Assembly (NCBI GenBank): GCA_963832165.1
Contig: CAWHTE010000001.1
Coordinates: 416,001 to 480,000 of the forward strand
Direction of reading: 5' to 3'
Source of the DNA: an uncultured delta proteobacterium
Lineage (GTDB): Bacteria > Myxococcota_A > UBA9160 > SMWR01
DNA length: 64,000 bases
In this document: positions 57,359-64,000 of the stretch, in pieces
Layout of the letters: each line of letters starts with the position of its first letter
Numbering within the stretch: position 1 is the stretch's first letter
Made by a program: the position numbers and the translations under genes
The notes under the pieces: generated by a model
Seen by the model: the letters and a program-made list of their open reading frames with translations, nothing else
The model's database searches: none
Told to the model about the DNA's origin: nothing

Positions 57359-59062
57359 GTGGAGCGGACGGTGGCGAAAGGGCAGAGGTCGAGCCGGCGC
57401 CGGCCATTCGCTGTGCTCTCGGCCTGCGCTCTACTCGCGGCGGCCAGCTGCTCCGACAGCGACGACGACGACGACGTTCCGAACCCGCCCGCAGAGGCGC
57501 CGCCCGGCGCGCGGGAGAGCCGCGCGATCGCGGGCGTATCGATGGGAGGTTACGGGGCGCTGAACATCGGGACCAAACGGACGGATCTGTTCGCGGCGAT
57601 CGGGTCGCTCGGTGGGCCTGTCGATCAGGGCGCGGTGCTCGAAGACATCGAGTTCCAGAATCTCGAGGTGAAGGAGGTGACCGGGATTCCAAGCGGTGTG
57701 GACGGGGATTACACGTTCGACCTGCTGCCGCCCTATCCCGAGCGCGGCACGCGTCTCGAGTTCTTCCACGATCTCTTCCTCGCCTTCGGCAATCCCACGC
57801 TCCATCACCGCGATCCCGCCCGGGCCTACCTCGCGACCGATTCGGAGCCGGCCCTGCTGCGCGTCGACGACCAGTGGGGTCCGTTCACGAGTGCGGCCGA
57901 TTTCTCCGACGGAGGCGACGTCAACGAGGACGGCTTGCGCCAGACGAACGAGCCCCCCGGCGAGGCCGTCCAGGTGCTTCTCGTGGTGCCCGGCTCGCTC
58001 CAGTCCAAGTTCGGAGTCGCGGGGACCGTGCTCGGGGGACGCGCGCTCGCCGACACCAACGCCGACGGAGTCTACGACCTCGGCGATGGAATCGTCGTGA
58101 ACATGCACGAGCCGTTCAGCGACACCAACGGCAACCGGGTGTTCGAACCGCTGCTCGGAGAGACCTATCAAGACTTCGGCCTCGACGGAGTGGCGGGCAG
58201 CAGCGACCGCGGCGAGGGCAACAGCACCTTCGACCGCGATCCCGACATCGACCGCTGGCTCGCCGAGGACCCGCGCACGCGTCTCGAGAGCCGCAGCGCC
58301 AGCGAGATCCAACGCCAGCGCATCTACATGGACGTGGGCGACGAGGACGAGCTCGGCTTCGCGCGCCAATACGCGAACCTCGTGAGCGTGCTCATGGCGA
58401 AGGGGCTCACCGTAGCGGTGCACGACGGTTTCCGCGGCAATTGCGTCCAGATCCCCGACGTCGACACCCCGTACACGCTCGTCATCTACGACGGCGGACA
58501 CATCGGCTTCGACGGCGCGGACTCGATCGACGACGACCTGCGCAATGGCGATATCTGCGGCCCCGCCGCGATCTGGCAGCGCCTGATCCACCTGCTGGTC
58601 GCGATCGACGCCGCGTTTCCGAATCCCGACCGCGGCCTCGGCGGCGCGCGGCCGGTCGGCGACACGCTGACGGTCGACATCGCCTCGCCGGCGCTGGCCG
58701 TGAGCGGAGGCACGGCGCCGATGCGCCGCGTGGTGGTCTATCGCCCGCCCGCGTTCTTCAACACGGACCGCAAATTCCCGATCCTGTACTTCCTGGGCGG
58801 GCATGGACAATCACCCGACGACTTTGAACGAGTGGGCCTCCTGCTCGACCTGCTGATCGCCGCGGACGTGCTTCAGAACATGTACGTCGCGTTCCTGCCC
58901 GGCGAAGGCGGCACCGAGGGATCGTTCTACGTGAACCACGCCGTGTCGGAGGCGCAGGTTCCCGGCCTCGCCGGAGTCACGTCCGGACGCTACGAGGACT
59001 CGATCCTCCAGGACCTGCTGCCAGCGATCGAGATCACGGTGCTCGAACGGCGCGTTCGCTAG
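57359..59062 (+). CDS. Lipoprotein with circularly permuted esterase (alpha/beta hydrolase) fold and acidic Ca-binding-like insert
   Basis: AAASC lipobox; GVSMGG near the N-terminus; MDVGDED; GGH; the normally N-terminal VVYRPP...FPILYFLGGHG...SFYVN...YEDSILQDLLPAIE segment lies at the C-terminus. Confidence 0.75.
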   Translation: MERTVAKGQRSSRRRPFAVLSACALLAAASCSDSDDDDDVPNPPAEAPPGARESRAIAGVSMGGYGALNIGTKRTDLFAAIGSLGGPVDQGAVLEDIEFQNLEVKEVTGIPSGVDGDYTFDLLPPYPERGTRLEFFHDLFLAFGNPTLHHRDPARAYLATDSEPALLRVDDQWGPFTSAADFSDGGDVNEDGLRQTNEPPGEAVQVLLVVPGSLQSKFGVAGTVLGGRALADTNADGVYDLGDGIVVNMHEPFSDTNGNRVFEPLLGETYQDFGLDGVAGSSDRGEGNSTFDRDPDIDRWLAEDPRTRLESRSASEIQRQRIYMDVGDEDELGFARQYANLVSVLMAKGLTVAVHDGFRGNCVQIPDVDTPYTLVIYDGGHIGFDGADSIDDDLRNGDICGPAAIWQRLIHLLVAIDAAFPNPDRGLGGARPVGDTLTVDIASPALAVSGGTAPMRRVVVYRPPAFFNTDRKFPILYFLGGHGQSPDDFERVGLLLDLLIAADVLQNMYVAFLPGEGGTEGSFYVNHAVSEAQVPGLAGVTSGRYEDSILQDLLPAIEITVLERRVR

Positions 59063-60225
59063 CTCCCGACCGGTCCGATCAGCTTCTCCGCGATCAGCTT
59101 GCGCTGATAGGCGCCGTCGCCGTAGAGCGCCTGGTTGTGCAGGCTGCGCTTGAAGTACAGGTGCAGGTCGCACTCCCAGGTGAAGCCGATCCCCCCGTGG
59201 AGCTGCACGGAGCGGTCGGAGATGAACGCGCCCGCATCGCTCGCGGCGCTCTTCGCCATGCGAGCGGCGACCTCGGCGTTCGCGTGGTCCGAGTCGATGC
59301 AGCAGGCAGCGTGGTAGAGCAGGGAGCGCGCGCGGTCGATCTCGATCATCGCGTTCACGAGCGGGTGCTTGACCGCCTGGAAGAAGCCGATCTGGCGCTC
59401 GAACTGCTTGCGCTGCTTCGCGTACTCGACCGTGGTCTGGAGCTGCCACTCGCTCGCACCGCAGAGGTCGGCAGCGACGGTGACGAGCAGCGCGGGCCAG
59501 GCTCGGCGGAGCGCCGCCGCCGCGTCCTGGCTGACTACGTTATCGCGCGGCACGCGCGCGCCGTCGAATCGCAGCGTTGCCTGATCGCGCGTGAGGTCGT
59601 GGATGTGGTTCTGCTCGAGCGAGACGCCCGCGCTCTGGGCGGGCACCGCGCAGAGAACGAGTCCGCGCTCGCCGCGCGCCGAGACCACGAACAGGTCGGC
59701 CTTGAACGCGTCCTGCACGAAGTGCGCGGCGCCCGACAACACGAGGTCGGCCCCGTCCGCGCGCGCGTTCACGCCGCAGTCTTCGGGATTCCAGCTGCCG
59801 CGCTCGTCCGTGATCGCGAGCGAGGCCGCCGCGCCGTCGGCAATCCGCGCGAGGCATGCGTCCGCTTCGGGAGTGCGCGACGCGCGCAGCGCGAACGCCG
59901 CGCACAGCGTCGCGACGAGCGGGGAGGGCAGCGCGTGGCGTCCGACCTCTTCGACCAGCGCCGCGATCCCCACCATCTTGCCGCCGACGCCGCCCGCCGC
60001 CTCGGGCACCGCGAGCCCGGCCCACCCGAGCTCGCCGATCTGCTTCCAGATGCCCTCGTCCCACGCGGGCAGCTCGCCGCGCTGATAGGTGGCCTCGTGA
60101 TCGGCTGCGACCAGCACGCGCAGGCGCTCCACGGGCAGATGCTCGTCGAGGAAGCGATGGGCGAGATCGCGCAGCAGCTGCTCGTCTTCACCGAAACCGA
60201 AATCCCGGGGCGGGGGCGCCGTCAT
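59059..60225 (-). CDS. Acyl-CoA dehydrogenase (partner subunit type)
   Basis: RKQFERQIGFFQAVKH and VQLHGGIGFTWE. Confidence 0.88.
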   Translation of the reverse strand: MTAPPPRDFGFGEDEQLLRDLAHRFLDEHLPVERLRVLVAADHEATYQRGELPAWDEGIWKQIGELGWAGLAVPEAAGGVGGKMVGIAALVEEVGRHALPSPLVATLCAAFALRASRTPEADACLARIADGAAASLAITDERGSWNPEDCGVNARADGADLVLSGAAHFVQDAFKADLFVVSARGERGLVLCAVPAQSAGVSLEQNHIHDLTRDQATLRFDGARVPRDNVVSQDAAAALRRAWPALLVTVAADLCGASEWQLQTTVEYAKQRKQFERQIGFFQAVKHPLVNAMIEIDRARSLLYHAACCIDSDHANAEVAARMAKSAASDAGAFISDRSVQLHGGIGFTWECDLHLYFKRSLHNQALYGDGAYQRKLIAEKLIGPVGS

Positions 60226-60235
60226 CGCGTCGTCC

Positions 60236-61429
60236 TCACTTCGACTTCGGCAGGCCGAGCACGCGCTCGCCGAGGATGTTGCGCTGGATCTCGTTCGTGC
60301 CGGCCGCGATCGTGTGGCCGTAGGAATCGAGATACTCGATCGGCCAGCGCGCCTCGTCGGGCGCCGCTGGGTCGAGCTTGTACAGCGTCGAGTGGGCGCC
60401 CGCGATGTCCATGCCGAGGCGCGCGTTGTCCTGCGAGTACTCGGATCCGGTCACCTTCATCTGGAGCGGCAGCCGCATCGGGTGATCGCAGAGCGCCGGC
60501 ACGCGCGACCGGCGCATGTTCTGCATCATGCCCTCGTGCACGATCGCGCGCTGCACGAGCGCGTCGCGCGTGAACGGGTCGTCGCTCGCTCGTACGCCGT
60601 TGCGGTAGCTCGCGCGTGCGAGCGCGATCAGACGCTCGATGGCGCTCGCGCGATCGCCTCCGCCTCCGCCGGCGCCCTCGGCGGCGCCGCGCTCGTAGGT
60701 GAGAGTGGTCATCGCGACGGTCCAACCCTTGCCGACGGCGTCGAGGCGCAGCGAGTCGGGGATCTCGACGTTCTCGAAGAGCACCTCGTTGAAGCCGCTG
60801 TCGCCCGTCATCTTGATCAACGGCTTCACGGTCACGCCGGGATGCCCCTCGATCGGGCACAGGAAGTAGGTGAGCCCGTCGTACTTGTGATCCTTGCTCG
60901 TGCGCGTGATCAGGATCATCCACTGCGCGATGTGGCCGAGGCTCGTCCACACCTTGTGCCCGTTCACGATCCAGGCGTCGCCCTTGCGCACGGCGCTCGT
61001 CTGCTGATTGGCGAGGTCGGAGCCCGCGCCGGGCTCGGAGAAGCCCTGACACCAGATCTCGTCGCACGCGAGCGCGGGTTTGATGAACCGGCGCTTCTGT
61101 TCCTCGGTGCCGTGCACGAGGATCGTCGGGATCGCCATCGAGAGCGCCACGACATTCAACATGTAGGGCGTGCCGGCCTGGCTCATCTCGCGGTTCGCAA
61201 TGCGCTGGAAGCCCTGGTGGCCGCCGCCTCCGTACTCTTTCGCGATGTCGGCGCCCACGAGCCCGGCTTCGTAGCAGCGGTGCTGCCATTCCTGCAGGTA
61301 GTCGCGCAGCGGTCCGCCGCTGACCTCGATCGGCAGCACGGGCAGGCGCTCGGGCGGCGGCGGCGGCCTGTTCTCGGCGAGCCAGCGGCGTGCGTACTCC
61401 TGGAATTCCCTCTGCTCGGCGTCGCTCAT
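60236..61429 (-). CDS. Acyl-CoA dehydrogenase (catalytic subunit type)
   Basis: WCQGFSEPGAGSDLA, FNEVLF, TLTYER and TIAAGTNEIQRNILGERVLGLP. Confidence 0.9.
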   Translation of the reverse strand: MSDAEQREFQEYARRWLAENRPPPPPERLPVLPIEVSGGPLRDYLQEWQHRCYEAGLVGADIAKEYGGGGHQGFQRIANREMSQAGTPYMLNVVALSMAIPTILVHGTEEQKRRFIKPALACDEIWCQGFSEPGAGSDLANQQTSAVRKGDAWIVNGHKVWTSLGHIAQWMILITRTSKDHKYDGLTYFLCPIEGHPGVTVKPLIKMTGDSGFNEVLFENVEIPDSLRLDAVGKGWTVAMTTLTYERGAAEGAGGGGGDRASAIERLIALARASYRNGVRASDDPFTRDALVQRAIVHEGMMQNMRRSRVPALCDHPMRLPLQMKVTGSEYSQDNARLGMDIAGAHSTLYKLDPAAPDEARWPIEYLDSYGHTIAAGTNEIQRNILGERVLGLPKSK

Positions 61430-62583
61430 CGCGTGCCCCGCATGTGGCGGAAGCACGAGCGGATCTCGTTCACGAACGTCTCGGGCTGCTCGAATGCCGC
61501 GAAGTGGCCACCCTTCTCGAGCTCGCTCCAGTGGACCAGGTCCGTGAAGCGCTTCTCCGCCCAGCGCCGCGAACACCGGAAGATCTCCTTCGGGAAGATG
61601 CTGCATCCGGTCGGCACGGTGACGTTGGGAAGCCCGCCCTGTGACTGGGGGCGGAAGCTCTCCCAGTACAGCCGCGCCGACGATGCGCCGGTCCCGGGAA
61701 GCCAGTAGAGCATGATGTTGTCGAGCAGCTCGTCACGCGTGAGCACGTTCTCAGGGTGGCCGCTGCAGTCGGTCCACTTCCAGAACTTCTCGAGGATCCA
61801 CGCGGCCTGGCCCGCGGGCGAGTCGACGAGGCCATAGCCGAGCGTTTGCGGGCGCGTGCTCTGCTGCTTCGAATAACCCGAATCCCACTCTCCGTATTCG
61901 GCCATGCCTGCGAGCGCCGACTGCTCCGCGGGTGTCAGGTTGCTCATCGTCGCGGGGTCGGGCGCGACGATCGGCATGTTCAGGTGGATGCCCGCGCAAT
62001 GCGCCGTGTCGCGGATCCCGATCGTCGTGGTGACCATCGCGCCCCAGTCGCCGCCCTGCGCGAAATAGCGCGGGTAGCCGAGGCGGATCATGAGAGCGCT
62101 CCAGAGATCCGCGATCCGCTCGACGCCGGTTCCCTTCACGGTCGGCTTGTCCGAGAAGCCGTACCCGGGCAGCGACGGACACACGACATGGAACGCGTCG
62201 GCCGCATCACCGCCGTGCGCGGTCGGATCGGCGAGCGGCGCGATCACCTTCTGGAACTCCACCACCGAGCCCGGCCACCCGTGCGTCATCACGAGCGGCA
62301 GCGCGTTCGGATGCTTCGAGCGCACGTGGTAGAAGTGGATGCCGAGCCCGTCGACATTCGTGCGGAACTGCGGGAGCGCGTTGAGCCTGCGCTCGCGCTC
62401 GCGCCAGTCGTATTTCTCGGCCCAGTACGCACACACGTCCTGGACGTAGGCGAGCGGCGTTCCCTGCGACCAGTCGTCGACACACTCGGCTTCGGGCCAG
62501 CGCGTGGCGCGCAGTCGACGGCGCAGATCTTCGAGTGCGTCGTCGCTCACCTGGATGCGGAAGGGTTCGACCGCGTCGCTCAT
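61426..62583 (-). CDS. Epoxide hydrolase (microsomal type with EHN domain)
   Basis: THGWPGS, PSLPGYGFS, QGGDWG and GGHFAAFEQP. Confidence 0.92.
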   Translation of the reverse strand: MSDAVEPFRIQVSDDALEDLRRRLRATRWPEAECVDDWSQGTPLAYVQDVCAYWAEKYDWRERERRLNALPQFRTNVDGLGIHFYHVRSKHPNALPLVMTHGWPGSVVEFQKVIAPLADPTAHGGDAADAFHVVCPSLPGYGFSDKPTVKGTGVERIADLWSALMIRLGYPRYFAQGGDWGAMVTTTIGIRDTAHCAGIHLNMPIVAPDPATMSNLTPAEQSALAGMAEYGEWDSGYSKQQSTRPQTLGYGLVDSPAGQAAWILEKFWKWTDCSGHPENVLTRDELLDNIMLYWLPGTGASSARLYWESFRPQSQGGLPNVTVPTGCSIFPKEIFRCSRRWAEKRFTDLVHWSELEKGGHFAAFEQPETFVNEIRSCFRHMRGTR

Positions 62584-62611
62584 GGGGGCCTCCAGAGGTG
62601 GAGGCCGCACG

Positions 62612-62776
62612 TTAGCGAACGTACTCGATCATCTCGACGCGGATCCCGTGGGCGCCTCGAGCTCGCCGTCCTGCTCGAGCACGCCGCCCATGCCCTGGCA
62701 CCAGAACGCGATCGAGGCGTGTGTCGGCGACGTAGTCGATAAGATGGCTCGTGGTGAGCGCCGAGTCGGCTGCCAT
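62612..62776 (-). pseudogene. Degenerate VOC/glyoxalase-family remnant
   Basis: SHLI.YVAD, then in the shifted frame ASIAFWCQGMG, then GIRVEMIEY; both VOC ends are present but the middle is missing. Confidence 0.45.
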
Positions 62777-62826
62777 CGCGCAAAGTAACCGTTCGGGTCC
62801 GCGTGGCGCACCCGAACGGGCGCCGC

Positions 62827-63552
62827 TCAACGCGTCTCGCGTGCGGCGCGCTGGGCTGCGGGCTTCGCGCGCTTCGAGCGCGCGAAGTTCGTCGCCGCTT
62901 TGCGATAGCGCGCATCCGCCTCGGGATTTCCCTCGCCCTGGATGTCCAGACCCTCGTCCGCTTCCGGCGCGAGCGTGAGGTTGGTCGCGACGAAGTCCCA
63001 GTTGAGCAGGTGGTCGAGGAAGTTCTCGACGTAGCGCTTCCGTTCGTTGCGGTAGTCCAGATAGTAGGCGTGCTCCCACACGTCGAGCGTCAAGAGCGGC
63101 ACGAGGTCGCGCTGCAGCGGATTCTCGGCATCGTCGCTGCTGCACACGTGCATGCGCCCGCTCACGCCTTTCACGAGCCATGCCCAGCCCGAGCCGAATT
63201 CTTTGATCGCCGCCGCGGCGAACTGCTCACGGAATCCGGTGAACGATCCGAACGATTCGTCGATCCTGTTCGCGAGCTCGCCGGTCGGCTCACCTCCGCC
63301 TCCGGGCTGGAGGCTCATCCAGTAGAAGTTGTGGTTCCAGACCTGGGCGGCATTGTTGAACACCTCGCCGCTCGTGGTGCAGATCAGCTGTTCGAGGCTG
63401 CGTTCCCCTTCGGGCTTGCCGCGCACGAGCTTGTTGAGCTTGTCGAGGTAGCCCTTGTGGTGCTTCTCGTAGTGCAATTCGACGGTTTCGGCGCCGATAT
63501 GCGGTGCCAGCGCGTTCTTGCGATACGGAAGCGGAGGAATTTCGTACTTCAT
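62827..63552 (-). CDS. sodB: Fe-type superoxide dismutase with C-terminal extension of about 45 aa
   Basis: HYEKHH, FNNAAQVWNH (Fe-type AAQ), FGSGW and DVWEHAYY. Confidence 0.92.
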   Translation of the reverse strand: MKYEIPPLPYRKNALAPHIGAETVELHYEKHHKGYLDKLNKLVRGKPEGERSLEQLICTTSGEVFNNAAQVWNHNFYWMSLQPGGGGEPTGELANRIDESFGSFTGFREQFAAAAIKEFGSGWAWLVKGVSGRMHVCSSDDAENPLQRDLVPLLTLDVWEHAYYLDYRNERKRYVENFLDHLLNWDFVATNLTLAPEADEGLDIQGEGNPEADARYRKAATNFARSKRAKPAAQRAARETR

Positions 63553-64000
63553 GATGCTCTCCCGATCTTCTCGACTTGCGCAGCGGCGAGTCGTTGGTCG
63601 CCATCTTCGGTGGAGAGCAGCGGAACGGCGGCCTCGGGTCCGATCAGTTCGGCGCTGAAGCTCTCCTCGAGATAGAGGCGTACTTGTTTGTCGTCGTGAC
63701 TCAGATATCCGATCGCCGCGTCGCGGCCGCACACCAGCTTGAAGTCGCCGCCGCGCAAGCTCACGGCGATCCCGCCCGCGAGCGACGGCGCCCAGACCAC
63801 CGGTCGATCGATCAGTTGCTGGAGGTGCTTCATCACCGGATAGCCGCCGTCGCCCGTCGTGCGCGCCAACCCCGCGAAGGCGGTGGGGCCGAGTGCGACG
63901 GCGTACGGCCCACCGACACCGGCCTGGCGCAGCTGCTCGAGCGCCTCGCTCACGGCATCGGGCAGCGCGACCGGATCGGCCGGCAGCGCGACGCCCGGAT
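63549..64000 (-). CDS. Family 1 encapsulin shell protein (Linocin M18-like), 5' end outside the window
   Basis: GVGGPYAVALG, GYP, VVWAP, SLRGGDF and GRDAAIGYLSHD...LYLEESF...PEAAV. Confidence 0.88.
   Translation of the reverse strand, partial: PGVALPADPVALPDAVSEALEQLRQAGVGGPYAVALGPTAFAGLARTTGDGGYPVMKHLQQLIDRPVVWAPSLAGGIAVSLRGGDFKLVCGRDAAIGYLSHDDKQVRLYLEESFSAELIGPEAAVPLLSTEDGDQRLAAAQVEKIGRAS

Noticed and set aside
57461..57475. (GAC)5 microsatellite
   Set aside because: Encodes the Asp linker after the lipobox; in-frame and too short to suggest phase variation
63549..64000. Phage capsid or prophage edge
   Set aside because: Motifs match family 1 encapsulin, and no phage genes are adjacent within the window
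1..64000. CRISPR arrays, tRNA/rRNA, IS elements, integrases
   Set aside because: No regularly spaced repeats, RNA-gene signatures or transposase/integrase motifs were seen by eye; short RNAs could have been missed

Overview
GC-rich (roughly 70% by eye), gene-dense bacterial DNA. Gene content suggests a diderm organism, plausibly Myxococcota/deltaproteobacterial (inference only). I saw no rRNA, tRNA, CRISPR array, transposase or phage genes. Blocks, in order: (1) 1-10.4 kb, an exosortase/EpsI-linked exopolysaccharide locus with four glycosyltransferases, two tandem paralogous Wzx flippases and a priming sugar transferase. (2) 10.4-28.7 kb, assorted catabolic and housekeeping genes, including a TetR-Rieske oxygenase-ferredoxin-amidohydrolase operon. 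(3) 28.7-37.8 kb, the most striking locus: a FadL/TodX channel divergent from a tightly coupled operon of PAS histidine kinase, a TmoABCDE-like soluble di-iron monooxygenase with no reductase, a single-domain response regulator, and a hybrid kinase. The hybrid kinase's N-terminus is an ETR1-type ethylene-binding domain with all seven key residues at identical spacing. (4) 38.3-43.2 kb, an igr/chs-like steroid side-chain operon. (5) 43.2-48.2 kb, a head-to-head pair of paralogous atypical kinase-like genes with a DHS-like gene, a porin and a beta-barrel protein. (6) 48.4-64 kb, mixed genes including a circularly permuted esterase lipoprotein behind a sigma54-like promoter, an acyl-CoA dehydrogenase pair with an epoxide hydrolase, and a family 1 encapsulin translationally coupled to an Fe-SOD carrying a C-terminal extension. 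Four otherwise intact genes carry single +1 frameshifts, probably consensus errors. All calls come from motif recognition by eye; no database searches were run.
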